DNA of 62,870 nucleotides, counting the filler, from Sphacelaria rigidula (Eukaryota): assembly GCA_964200075.2 (NCBI GenBank). It is 10 parts of 10 records of this genome, joined end to end, with 100 filler letters (N's around TTAATTAATTAA, not from the genome) between each part and the next. Parts side by side here need not be neighbours in the genome. Positions count along the whole stretch, not along the records: positions 37,783 to 43,979 come from CAXNAA020021584.1; positions 44,080 to 50,276 come from CAXNAA020021585.1; positions 50,377 to 56,573 come from CAXNAA020021586.1; 7 more parts are not named here. One strand, 5' to 3'. Numbering within the stretch: the first letter of the stretch is position 1; the number at the start of each line of letters is the position of its first letter. The position numbers and the translations under genes are program-made. Of the stretch, positions 40,364-54,300 are shown piece after piece. The notes below the pieces were generated by a model. It worked only from the letters and a program-made list of their open reading frames with translations, ran no database searches and was not told where the DNA came from.

Positions 40364-42008
40364 TAGATAACATTTTGGAATCGAAATTGAGGTTCATCAT
40401 TTGGGAAAGGCTGATGTCGCAACCGAAATTTCATTTGTTTCGTCCAATAGGCTCGGGATATCCAAGCAGTTTCGGCCATATAACCCTAGCCCAGAAGTTT
40501 CTATACGGCAGCCCAAGCATGATGAGCAGTTCGAAAGAAAAACCACCGTCATGGTGCGGCATTTTTTCAACAAAACATGCCTCTAAGCGCTACAGGGCAC
40601 GTAACAAGGCGATATCCCCGTCGCCCAACTGCCGCTGACGCAAGTATGGTGCTGGCCGTTTGAGTGCATGCATATTTTCGAAGTGAAAAGCAGGGAAAAT
40701 GTAGCAGCGAGGTACTCGCCTATTGTGTAGACAAGAGCGTGAGCTATCGCACCTCTGTAACGTCTACTAAGCTCCTGACAGCCCCGGGGGAAAATACAGT
40801 CAGTTGGATGGAACAAACAAGAACAAAACTGGACACCCACAACGAGATGGTGGAACTCCCACGCTTGGGGTTGTTTCGCTAGTAGCGCCTATGAGAGGTG
40901 CTTCATCCAGTCTGAACCAGTTATCACGCCTTGTATGGTCACTTACTTCCTGACAGAGCTGGGAACTGGTGTCGGGGTGGGCTGCGTCGCTGCATCGGGC
41001 AGCGTGGTTGCGACCCGTTTTTTCTTATTGACAACCTGCAGATGAGGTACTGTAGCAAACACCCACCACATACAGCCACCCCCCACCCCCCGTCATTTTC
41101 GTACCTTTGCACAACCATGTGTGTATATATATGTATATGCAGAAGATGTGCTTTATCACGTGCTTGCATTTCGTAGGATGAGGAGGTGTGCGGGAGAGAC
41201 ATGGCTCCATGTATTATTGCACACAGTAGCAGCAACTCCCGCCAGCAGGTTGGGGAGCCTACTGCCGTACACTGCGGAAACGAGCGACGTGGGCCGAATG
41301 TACGGCGCCAGAAACAATGCTCTGCACCGAATACACGTGAGCGTGCTCGGCTCCAACCACTTGCCACGGACCTGTCCATGTGGACACCAACTTTGGCCTC
41401 ACACCTTGCCTACGAACACGGGCATACAATACGTAATCGCCAACGGCAAACTTTGGCAACACAGCCTGGCCCTGAGAAAGCTTGCGTTTGGTTTCATGAG
41501 ACACCGCGACAGCAGCTTGCACTTCGTTACGAAAACACACTTGCTCGTCAACCACGCCTCGAATCTTGTCACGCAACGAATCAGCATCCATGATATCGAC
41601 TTTCCACTCGCCACCAGTGACAGAAGCCAGCGCGGAGAACGCTGTGCGCGGCGCAACGCCCAAACATCACACAATACGGAGTGTTACGGTAGCGTTCACG
41701 AAAAGAAGTATTCAACGCCCACTGAGTGCGGCTGGCAAAACATCAACCCATTCAGACAACGGCCGTCTTTGCTCTGACAAAATGGACCGCAACGCACGAA
41801 CGACCTCTTTCACCATGCGTTTACAAGCACCGTTCGACCAAGGGGTATACGCAACAGCAAATTGGTGTTGTACCTTGAGCGCGTCGCTCAGCTGCGCGAT
41901 CACTTGATTCTTGAGATGCGTGGCGGTATGACTAACCCACACACGCGGCACCCCCCAAGTTTTGCACGAATGCAGCAAGTGTATATCCGTAACCTCGGCG
42001 GTACAAGC

Positions 42009-42258
42009 GACACTTTCTACGATAGCCCCCCCCCCGGAACCAGCCCAAAAGTGTCACGAAAAAAATGGACATACAGCTCCTGATGTTTGGGTTCAGGCTG
42101 CATGAAGCGCCTCATGTGGGCGACATTGGCGAGAACGAACCCAAACATAAGAGTTCCCAGCTGCTCGTTGTGCTCGGCTTTTCCCATTTCGATTTAAGTG
42201 GAGATTTCGCCTCCCCAAACCGGGCACTTTTTGGAGGGGGGCTATCGTAGAAAGTGTC
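42009..42258. mobile_element. 250-bp MITE with 4-bp TSD (AAGC) in Gypsy integrase
   Basis: TIR GACACTTTCTACGATAGCCCCCC; excision restores RLEPTEACTAEV. Related sequence at 56674-56726 and about 18540-18650. Confidence 0.93.
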
Positions 42259-43342
42259 AAGCCTCGGTCGGCTCCAACCGAACGAAATTGGACGAATCAT
42301 CCATGATAACCAAGACGTACCGAACACCATCCTCATCAGGCATAAGCACCTTCGGGTCTACTACTTCCGACGTACAGAAAATCAAAGTGACAACTTCACC
42401 TGGCGCTGTACCATGCACAATATCGCCATACGAACGAGGTACAATCGCACCAGCACCAGTGTCTACGCCATGCAAACACTAGCGAACGAACTTGCGAATG
42501 TGGGAATCCACGTGAGGCCACACACAGTATTCTTTCAAACTGAACAGAGTCGGCGCCACACCATGGTGACCAGCCGACCGCATGTGAGCGCACACTATCA
42601 AGCGCACCATCAAGCGAGTTTGTAGAGCCTTATCATCCGACGGAATCCACAAAACATCACTACTGCCAACACGAACGCGAAACAAACCATCGTCAGTGAA
42701 AGCAGCTTGACCGAAAGTCGTCGGAAAATAATGAACACATCCATCGACTGTTTTGCGCTGCGCGGTACAAATGACATCTAACGAGGGCAGCGAATCATCG
42801 GCATCATACGGGCTCTACACGGCAACAGAACGAACAGGCACGGTAGGAAGCTTCACGCAGCGAGACAACAAATCTCCCCAACATTTGCGCTCTCCAGGAA
42901 TGTGTTCAATCGCATACCGATATTGGCCGAGCACTCCTCTCCATTTTTCAAGCCGTTGTGCCATAGCCTTCGTCACCGATGTGACACACTCTTCGAGGTT
43001 AAAAATATATTTCAGATTGCGATGGTCGGTTAAGATACGAACATCACCCCAAAGCAAGTACTTTAGCCTTCGAAATGTATTGGCTATCGCGAAACCTTCT
43101 TTGTCCACTGTCGCCGCAACGGTGAACCCTTCAAGCTACCCTACCCCTCAGAAAAGCCAACGGTTCGTGTGACATGATTTTTAGTGTAATACCACAACTG
43201 AACTCGGCAACAGGCACTTGCGTTAAAAACCTACCCTGGAAACATCAGAACAACGCACACTGGACGAGAATGATATAGCGGCACCACTTGCGCCACCAAA
43301 TCTTGCGCAGTACGCCATGCCCGCACACGATCGTACGCCCAA

Positions 43343-43773
43343 AACATGGGATTTTACAAATTGGGGATGGATATTTTATTGGGGATGAAAACCCGGAGAA
43401 TGATATCCTTCGTATCCACACCAGATCTTCGAAATATGATTTCATTTGTTCACTTGCTGGTAGCTATTGGCAACTACTACACGCCATACAAATTTGGATT
43501 TCGATATCCGAAATGTCGGGGTCCTTGGTGAAAAACCAATTCCGGGGAATTTAATGTGTCCGATCGGACGCCAAAATTAGTTTTTCACCTGGGACCCCGA
43601 TATTTCGGTTATCGAAATCCAATGTTGTATGGCGTGTAGTAGTTGTCAATAGCTACCAGCAAGTGAAGAAATTGAAGCATACTTCGAAGATTTGGTGTGG
43701 ATAAAAAGATTTTATTTCTTCGGGTTTTCATTTCCAATGAAATATCCATCTCCATTTTTTAAAATCCCGTGTT
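43343..43773. mobile_element. 431-bp foldback MITE with 4-bp TSD (CCAA) in Gypsy pol
   Basis: Homolog of 7277-7720; excision restores ILENAWAYDRVRAW. Confidence 0.93.
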
Positions 43774-44083
43774 CCAAGCGTTCTCCAGGATGGTACGATT
43801 ACGCGCCACCCGCTTGGTCCGACGCGAAGCCCCGACCATAAGTTGTTCCAAAGACACAAAGCGACGCAACTACTTCCGCCATGCGCGGGAGCGAAGTTCG
43901 CAATCAATTCACCGTCTGAGCCATCCTACGATAGGGGTGGGGGTATTTTGGGCCGTTTATTGCTCGAAATTTCGAGTCANNNNNNNNNNNNNNNNNNNNN
44001 NNNNNNNNNNNNNNNNNNNNNNNTTAATTAATTAANNNNNNNNNNNNNNNNNNNNNNNNNNNNNNNNNNNNNNNNNNNNCTGA

Positions 44084-44187
44084 CCCCCCCCCCCCACCCC
44101 TCCCCCCATGCTCCGTCTCGAAAGGAATGCGTGGTCAACGGTCAACAAATGAGTACGCCCCCCCCCCCCCACTCCCCCTCCCCATTC
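44084..44187 (+). mobile_element. About 50-bp LINE 3' terminus embedded between two C-runs
   Basis: C-run, TGCTCCGTCTCGAAAGGAATGCGTGGTCAACGGTCAACAAATGAGTACG, then C13. Confidence 0.78.
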
Positions 44188-44248
44188 CCCTGGCCGAAAA
44201 TGAAGCTCGTCCCACTCACTCAACATGACAGAAAAATCACGTCCATCA

Positions 44249-44716
<468 letters not shown>

Positions 44717-45534
44717 TCACCGCCTGGTACTACTTTGAAATTGAAAAAAAAAAAATGTGACATTGGTGAGGTTTACATGTACACACGGTCGAGCGGGTAT
44801 TCAAAATGGAACGACCGGGATTTCACGATAGAAACGGTAAAAATATATCACTATGTATATATATATTTATTTTTCTAGTTCTTCTCCGTTCCGTTCCTGT
44901 TATCCCATTCCTCTTTCTGCTTGGGTTTGTCCTTGTTCTCGATTCTTGTTTCTTCGCTTCACTTTGTCTGTTTGTCCTCCACTCTCATTTTTCTCCGCTC
45001 CTTCTCCGCTTCTTCCTTTGCTCTTCAGCGAGCATTTCTAAAATGTTCACAGCACTCTGCGTACGTCTATCTCGTATCTGATGACGCTGCGGGATCACTT
45101 AAATGTGCGACAACCAATAGAGCAATCAATCAATCAGCTAACCTAACGTGCCTTCGTACACCGTCAAACGAAGGACGAACGTCTCTGGACGCTGGTGGTC
45201 ATCGAGTGTTACCGTATGTCTATTTTGTGCGCAAGATCACGCAACTGGGCTTTCTCAAGTGCATCCGCGTAGGGGTGGAGCCACACAAACGACGACCACC
45301 TCCTCTACGGGTAGAAATAAGGTGGCGGGAACTTGTAAAACGGATTCATCTTCAGTACGATTGCTGTGCCGTGAGCGAGCTTCGCCCAATCGCCAAATCA
45401 GTAGCAGGGGAACGACGACAGGTAGTTAGTTAGTTCCCTATGCAGCGACTACTTTTCGTCCGAAATCCTCGACACGGGAGTAACAACAACAACAGCGACG
45501 ACGACGACGACGACAGCAACAACAGTGATCAAAC

Positions 45535-45612
45535 CTTGGCGCTCGTAATGACGTCGGGTTCCACATCAAAATTCTCGTAGCCCCAGACCTTCCCGGTGCG
45601 ACCCATTCCCGT
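45535..45612 (-). CDS. argD: Acetylornithine aminotransferase, exon with PLP-binding lysine
   Basis: cag|TGMGRTGKVWGYENFDVEPDVITSAK|gtttga. Confidence 0.93.
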
Positions 45613-47996
45613 CTGTCATGGATAATGAAAAACAAGCAAGCGGCACGGGCAACAAGCACAAGCGAGGAGACATGCAAGGAGGAGTATAGCACGGTGCAAC
45701 CAAGGCACGCAAGGAAGGCACGCAGGCGGGGTTTCACCAGACCGGATACAGTAGCACCCGCAAGCCTTGAGCGTCAGGCCTCGAGCACAAAATGCCAACA
45801 TACGGGACAGGTTATATAGTCCTCGGCAAACCCTCGTGCCAACGTATCTCCCTCTGCCGTTCAAGGGCAGTTTTCACACAACGACTGGTCCTAGGGCCGA
45901 AACTCATCAGAGTAGGGCGTCGGGTGCACTGCGCCAACTTGACAGGGGATTAAGCGCGTACAACTCCCCCACCATTCATTTTTTTTTTTTTCACTTCTTA
46001 GCCTACCAAGTCGTGATATTCGACTTTTTTCTGATCCTTCGTTTTCTTGAACGAGTGTTTTGGTTTTGCTTTTCTTGGGTACGTCTATCCTGCGACCATG
46101 GCTGGACCCATGGGTGGTCAGTTAAAGTGCGACAATCAATCCATCAAAATCAATGAATCGACTGCCTTGAGCGAAGCTTTCCAAACGCTCGAGGTTCCTG
46201 CCCCACATGACTGCCGCAAGGCGGTCTAGCCGAGCCTCCGGGTGATGGGCACACGAGAACCCCTTCGCGGGGTGCGTGCTGGGTGAGATTTCCTTCTTCC
46301 TTCAAGGAGGGGAAAAAAAAAAATCCTACTGATCGATGGGCCTCTTGGTGCGATTGTTTGACGACGCCATGAAGATATTTGTAGAGATAACATTTTTCGC
46401 CCGCGTGCGGCAAGGATGTTCGTTGCTACATTTTTTTTTACAAATCTTGACGTATCTCTTTCCTGGGTTGGATGTCTCGGGCTCTGCTTGCTTGCCCGCC
46501 CCCCCACCATTATTTGCGACTTCTTGTTTACTCGCTCAACCCTTTGGGTGCTGACGCCACACACCACAGATACAGCCGTACATCGACCACTACACAGAGC
46601 GGGTCAACATTATTTTCGGCACGATCACGCCGGCTACAAAACGCCGTTAGTAGGGGAGACACGTGCGGTTGCATGGAATATAATATATTAATATATATAA
46701 TATAGTGTATAGAGTATAACATATATATAAAGTAAACAAGCATCCACTCCCCGTTGTAATTGTGCGCTGAGACTGTTGGAATTGTTGTTCCGCCATTGCG
46801 AGTCATTATGGCCGTGGAATCACGCTACTTGTACGGTACGCGTAGCACATTTGGGCACAAATCTTTCTCATTCGGCAGGGGCTCCTACAGCTGATAGGAG
46901 CTACACAAGAATATGGGTCAGGAAAATTCCTGTTTTCAATTTCATCCAAGACATCCCTAGCCAAGTGGGATGCTGCTAATCGTGGCGTGTGCTCTAACTA
47001 GACTTTTGCTTCTTATGCGCGCATGTAAATTCGCATAAATTATCCCTTGGCTCGATTGTCGCGAGAACGCGCGTGAGGTCGATCTGCGGCCTGCTTTAAT
47101 AACAAACAAACCGTCGATCTAGGATTATCTTAGTTTTGGCACGGTCCGTTTTATAATCTTCCCTTCAGTATACCCCGAATACCACCCCCTCGCCCATATT
47201 CGCCGGGACTGTCTGGCGGCGATACTGTTCCGAACGTGGCGTCGCGCTAAACTGTTAACTCTGGCGGATTTTCCTCAACTGTTGCTCGTGGTGAGCTGGG
47301 GCGGGGGTCGAACCCGTGACCCTCGGGCCCCGAAGTGGACAGGGCTCTTTCTTGATACCGTGATGAATCCTCGGCAGACCCTTGTAGTCATTTTCCGCTT
47401 CTATAGGTTCATCTTGTCACCACGGCTAGATTCCTTGGGGACCAAGTGATGTGCAATCAGTCAGTCAATGATTAGGGGAGTGTCCGCAGATGCAGGAAAC
47501 AAGCCGCCGACACAACCGCCGTCGCGGAGGGAAACCAACGAAAGTCGTGGAAATAGTTGAGAGGAACATGAGAGTGTCGAGTTTGGAGTATGACGATCGA
47601 TATGCTGGCTACGGCTCCGGCTAATCGTCGAGAACTTCGAAAAGGTTGTGGCGCTCAATATCACAGGGGGTAATAGAAACGTTTCTGTAGTCGAGTGTGA
47701 TCCGATTCATGGATCACTGCGTTTCTCTGTTGATTTCCAAATATCCCCTCTCCTACCTTCTTAGTGTGACCACAGCCGGATTAATAACGGACCAGCGTTT
47801 TATGAGACATTCGACCTAATCGAAACCAAGTCGGCACCGAGCGGAACCGAACGGAACCAAAGGAAACGGAACCAAGTAACAAACCCATCCAATCAAGCGA
47901 TCAATCCATGCGCTGGTTCTTGAAAGGTGGCCAAAAAACGGTCACTTAACAACACCGCGCTCCAACCATCACACCATGCGGCGATATAGGTTTTTA

Positions 47997-48215
<219 letters not shown>

Positions 48216-49435
48216 TCATGACATACTCTCCATACGGCTATCATCTGTCTGTGTTTGTATCTGGGTATAATATCATTGGGAGGACTCGACAGTCAAACAT
48301 TGTACCACCATAACTCACTTCAGGTTTCATGAAAGTACTATCAACATACATGGTACTATACTCGATGAATCCCTGCACATACACGAATCAAACTCTGCTT
48401 GACGAGCAAAAAATCCACAACTTCTCCGTGCGCGCCTGCACATTTTCTCCATATTTTAGCGATTCGCGGTTGTAGTGATCTGGCCCTCAAGCAAAGTTGC
48501 GGGTCTGCTATCTTGAGTATGTATGTATGTCAACAATACAATGAGACCAAAAGGGAAACGAATGCCTTGTGTACGCGCAATACCAACGGTTTCGATTCAC
48601 ATGTGCGCTCCTAACACACACATTGCAGTGCAACGATCGACGGAGGGGGGGGAAGGGAAGCAGAGACGATTTTCCTCAGCGAGTTTTTTTTATTCCTTCA
48701 TTACTTCATTATTTTTTCTCGTTCTTTTCTTCGTCTACTATGACTGTCTGTTCGAACTTTTCGTAGTCTACTTCACTGTTCTACAGCGAGCGTTTCAAGT
48801 ATCGCTCTTGTCTATCATGTGGATAATGACCCAGTCACCGACAATCAATCAATCAACCAATCATCAAAGGGATTTTCACACCATTTTTTCTTGCGCCCGT
48901 GACAAGCGACGAAACAGAAAGGGTCGCTGGCCCTCACAATCTTGAGACCCCTCAGCTGTACTATGGACTGGTGTACCTGCTAGAGTCCGATACCCCTACA
49001 CTGTGAGAGTCTGCGAGGATATGATTTTGGCACAAGATAAAAAAAAGGCACCACTCTATGGTGCCGCTGTCCCCCCTTCTTTCTGTTGGTGACTGATTGC
49101 GAGCCTGGTCCGGCGAAACCCGGCGTTCTCCGTGCCGGCTTTGTAGGGATACAAGGTCAATGGTCATATGACTACGTCATGCATGATCAAAACTACCCCC
49201 CCCCCCCCCCCCTCCCCCCCCGCTCCCTCTGCTCCTCACCCCTCTTTTTGTCGGTACATCGAGCCGACTCGTGTGCCCACATTGCGTCTGTGCGAAGCAC
49301 CTTATTGCAGGACGATGACGAAAAACAAAATGTCATTCTTGCCTTACCTTACATTTGTTCTCAATCAAACACAACGAAGTTATTTTTTATTTTTTTTGTA
49401 ATACATGGAAAAAACAAAAAGCATACACAATATCC

Positions 49436-49470
<35 letters not shown>

Positions 49471-49642
49471 ATACCTCAAGATTTTTGCGGTACGCCTTTT
49501 ACGTAATTCATACACATCGAATGGATGTCTCTAGAATACCATATACCATCAACACATGCACACAGTAGTTGATTATTACTCTCTTTACTTTTTCAACATC
49601 CTCCAATTCCCCGCTACCTACCCCTTCCTTAGCTCATTTGAC

Positions 49643-49779
49643 CTGCAACGCTTCCATCATGATGGCGGCGACAGCACGGCGAGGCCGGCCGAACAAAGAT
49701 CGGATCTTTCCCCGGCGGTTGATGCGCTTCACGACTCGCTTCAGATCTTCCACGTCGTTGTAAGTCGCGTACTCGAAGC
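49643..49779 (-). CDS. argD: Acetylornithine aminotransferase, exon
   Basis: cag|GC-FEYATYNDVEDLKRVVKRINRRGKIRSLFGRPRRAVAAIMMEALQ|gtcaaa; joins to give EALQGEGG. Confidence 0.9.
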
Positions 49780-51006
49780 CTGCGTTCACGCCGTGCCGTG
49801 CGCGAAGGACAAATATGCGCACACAAACACATACACAGCAGGAGAATATAATATTGATGTTCACAACCGGAGGATGGAGAAATGGGTTGATCCCTCGGGG
49901 CTCGTCCCGAGAAAGGGGCGAGGTGAAAAGTGTCACGAGGAAAAAAAAAGGGGGGGGCGACGACGACGACGACAATGCGACACGATAAAAGGATGACAGC
50001 GTCATCGTAGTAACTATTCCATACTACATTAGAACTCTACGTAGCTCTACAGAGCTCCATAGCTCGTCATGATAACTTCAGTAAACAAGGAAAAGATAGG
50101 GCAGGTGCGGGGAGGGCGGGGGGGGGGGGAAGGGGGAAGATATACTCATGATGATCTGGCATGCCGTAGTCATGTGACCGTTGACCTCGCATCCCTACAA
50201 AGCCGGGACGGAGCACGCCGGGTTTTCGCTGGGCCAGGCTCGCCATCAATCACCAAGCGCGAAGCGCCGTGATGTGNNNNNNNNNNNNNNNNNNNNNNNN
50301 NNNNNNNNNNNNNNNNNNNNTTAATTAATTAANNNNNNNNNNNNNNNNNNNNNNNNNNNNNNNNNNNNNNNNNNNNACCGGCGAGGAGGTTCCTCTCTGT
50401 CGTTGCTTCTCTCTCTGGTGATATCGTCATCGACACGCGTGTACACCTCATTCGTTCGGTGCACCTAGCCACAAGTGCTTTACTGCTGCAGACTTTGGGG
50501 GGGAAAGATTGTCTCGCTTTGTGTAACTGTTTCGCGTCATCCCTGCAGAAAAGAAATGCCACTCAAACCTCATTCTAGAGATCAGCCCGAAAAGTTAGGA
50601 CCCGCTGTAATCGTCTAACCAAGGGAAAGGTGCCCATCTGCTCAAAATTTTCGGCCTATATTTTCTCGTTGATTAAACCCCATGTCCAGTAATTCCTATA
50701 CCTAACGGAGATAGCGTCCATACCAAAATCTCTATGAAAACCCCGATCGATGTATTCAGCGGATGATGACGAATTTCGGTGTGGACATTCCCTGGAGTAC
50801 GGGGAGACGATAGATACCGTCACCTTCACCTAATTCGTAATCTATAGTATCTCGAGATATGGCACGTATGAGTTTACGTACTAAAATCAGTATATTACGA
50901 AGAGAGGCACTAGATTAAGTAAATGTGGATATCGCGTCTCAGTTTTCGAGTGTAAGGCTACTTCTTATGTATCGAAGAATACGACTTGTTGAAAAGTGCA
51001 TTTTTT

Positions 51007-51375
51007 GCCCTTCTCCATCGTTTTCCCCCCGAAAAGAGGGCTAGGCGGCTGTCGACACCTTGAAATGACTTGCTCTACTTGCTGAGACGGTTCCAGAGCA
51101 CCTTCGCGTTTCCCGTAGGTCACGGTTTGGTTTTTGGCCAAACTTGCATTTTTAATAACAAACGGTCAACTTATCAAAAAACAGGGGGGAAACTGAAATT
51201 TGTTTTGGTAACTCGATCGTTTGTTATTGAAAACGCAAGCATGGCCAATACCGAAACCGTGACCTACGGGAAACGCAAAGGTGCTCTGGAACCGTCTCAG
51301 CAAGTAAAGCAAGCCATTTCAAGGTGTCAACAGCCGCCTAGCCCTCTTTTCGGGAGAAAAACGACGGAGAAGGGC
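51007..51375. mobile_element. Foldback MITE, right arm interrupted by Gypsy LTR
   Basis: Near-perfect inverted arms of about 160 bp (GCCCTTCTCC.TCGTTTT...AAAACGACGGAGAAGGGC). Confidence 0.9.
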
Positions 51376-51376
51376 C

Positions 51377-54300
51377 TGTGACGAAATCACGCCGTCACGT
51401 TGAGTATATATATGGTGATGATTGGATGATGACTTGGGATATGAAGTGATGATAATATGGATGATGACATGGACACAGAGGTGATACCCTGATGTGGTTT
51501 ATGGAGCCGCCTGGGTGGCACTCCAGGACAATAAAAGGTGTTGTGAAGGCTAACAACTGAAACCTGAGGCCAGTGGAACTGGGGAGTCCCTCAACAGCAT
51601 TGGACGCTGCAGTACTAGCAACCTGCTGGCGTCACAATATCGATATTAGTGATAGTGCTACTCGTGCTAGTTGTGCTATCGTTAGTGACTGCTGGGAATT
51701 ATTCAGTAGAAAAAAGTCTAGACAGCTTTGGGCATATTGCTTCACGGACGCGTGAGAAGGGTTCAAGTTGAGGCAGCTGCGAAGGCGGCTGGCCCGTGAT
51801 TGATCCAGACTGGAGACTTGCTGGAGCTGCGTGCAGCGGGAGTTTATAGGACCCCACAGCTGTGTGGTGCGGCGACGAAGACAGTTGTGAACTGTGGAGT
51901 TCGAGAAGTTTCAGAAGCCTTCGACTAGGTCCGCTCGGAAATGTCGACTACAGAAGTACCGGCAATAGAGCCAGCGGAGACGACTGTAACCCCAGTTGTT
52001 CTGAGAGAAGAGTTGCGGCCTCCCAGTTATGGGAATTTTTATTCTGAGTGTGCTGTTCGTTTTATACGAAATACGTGAAATACAAGAAGCGGATGGAGCA
52101 TGCGAATGCGGAGGGTGCGGTGAGGTATCAGGTGGTTTCCATGGCGCAACTCGTGCCTACCCCCCTCCAACGCGTTTTTGCGAGAAGATTCCATGAGAAG
52201 CACACAATAACGCCGCTGCAGTTGGCTGCAGCGATCAAGAAACATGCAGGGCATGCGGCGGGCGCTGAGGTAGAGCTAACCCAGGCGTCCGCGGCCGTGG
52301 CGAAGACTGTCGCCATGAACCACAAGGGGAAGACCATGCGTGAGAGGGTGGAGCCAATCATGGGAAAGTTGGAGACATATTTTTCCAAAATCCCAACGTC
52401 GAGTTGGTTTATCGTTCCTCCGATGGGAAATTCCGTCCAGGGCCTACTGCGGTGATCACGAAAGCGATGGTGGAGGGTCTGGCACCGGCGGAATTCAAAC
52501 AGGCCGTGCTTGTGCAATTACAGCACGCAACCAATTGGAAGTCAGACCCGTACTTAGTCATGGGTACCGTGGTGGCTGAGGCTCAGGCATGGCGAAAGAA
52601 TGAAGTATTCGGGAAATCATCCACTTCGCGACGCAGTCTTCGAGCTCGCGTAACCGCGGATCAAAATCCGCAGACAGTGTCGCCGCCAACATCACTCGCT
52701 TTCAGTGTGGTTAGGTAGGCCACTACGTATGCAAGTGCCCAACGCCTTCGGAGGGGGAGTCTTGGCAGACGAATGCCGCGCGCCTTCGAAATCACAGAGG
52801 AGGAAAAGGTAATCGGGGTGGTGGCGGAGGTGGATCCTCCAACGGTGGAGGTGTACAGTCGAGTTCCCAGCAGCAGCAACAGCAGGGGTAGCGGCGTCAG
52901 CAGGGGTCCGGTTCTGGGTACGGCTCAGCCGCAGGGGCTGCTGCTCCGCAATGGGCGGTGCAGGTGGGACCGACCACTCTAGTGTCGGGCTCGGTACCGG
53001 CGCCGCCGGCAGCAGAGCAAGGCGATACGCCTGCTGCTGAGCCGACCGGATTTCAGCTGAAATTTAGATCCGCTGCTGCGTCGGTCGGAGTACCGCTATA
53101 ACTTGGTTCTGCAGGCGGGGCTTCGTACCCGCCGGCGGTGCCGGTGACCCCAGCGGGGGCGTCTTTGCCTGTGCCGCACGCGCAGCCGTGGCGCCAAGTG
53201 AGGATGACGACAAATCAGTCGTTGGAGCAGGTGCCGGTCGAAGATCAAGAAATACATATTCCTGCAGAGATATATCTCTCCAATCAACGGGCGCGGGGAG
53301 CCATGTCGGTCAACGCTATGTTGAATTCAGGCACCCATTTCACGAGCGTGTCGGTGCTGGTTGTGGAGATGCTGGAGTGTCTACTCTCCGGTGAGCAAAT
53401 CCGCACTCCGTTCTCGCTCGGGGCGTGACAGGCTATCACCGCAACGGGGCAATGTATAAATGTCACGGAGCGTGCGATTCCCCTACAGTTGGCGTTCAGG
53501 ACTATCTGGGGGCCAGCGAAACTACCCCGATATCGTTTGCGAACATGCCGGGGACGGATGGTGTCGTTCTGTTGGGCTTACCGACGCTTCGGGGACTCGG
53601 AGTCGATCCGTATGACCGGCTGTCAGAGTCCCTAAAAACGCAAATGCCGTCGCCCGGTTCCAGTGTTGAGACGCTTGCTTTTTGGCCAGTCGCAGAGTGA
53701 GCTTGATGGTTGATGCTCTCCAGGAGGCGGGGCGGCAAGTGTCCGAGGAGCGTGATGAGGCGGTGGAATGCTTAGTGGAGCGTGGCCCCGATATGTTTAT
53801 GGAGACGGCAGAAGAGGAGTTCGCGCGAATGGCTGCACTGGAGGAAAGCGTGACGGATGCTGTGACAAATGGCCTTGACGTCTCAAAAGCGGAGCGCTTG
53901 CGTGGCATATTGTATCGCCACATTAACGCGTCTCATTGTGCGCTGAGGGGTGATCCCCCTGCGCGCGCGGAACCCATGAGGGTTACACTGAAGCGAGGGG
54001 CGGCCGCGGTGAAGGCAAAACCGAGGAGATATGATCCGGTAAAGTCCAGTTGGTTAGCTTCTTGAATGGGAGCTCTTGTGGCGTTAGGGTTGGCGTTCAG
54101 GAATCTACAGGCGGTGTGGTCCAGTCCAGCGATGGCGGTACCGAAGAAGGACTTTTTCCGTCTTGTCAGCGATTACGAAGCCGTCAATGATCAGGGGGAG
54201 AAGTTGCCGGGTGTCATGCCCAATCAGGAATCCGATATGATAGACCTGTTGAGCGCGCGATGCTTCGGTAAGCTGGACCTCCTACAGGGGTACTGGCAGA

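Larger units (their letters stand above)
41259..43979 (-). mobile_element. Degenerate Ty3/Gypsy pol (RT end, RNaseH, integrase, GPY/F region)
   Basis: DKEGFAI, TDHRNL, CAHMRSAGHHG, MDDSSNFV, SNGACKRMVKEV and FAVGDYVL..WTGPW; colinear with the 51-56 kb copy. Confidence 0.94.

Noticed and set aside
40636..41035. Possible solo LTR between the Copia and Gypsy relics
   Set aside because: Only faint similarity to other LTR starts; no clear TG..CA ends or TSD.
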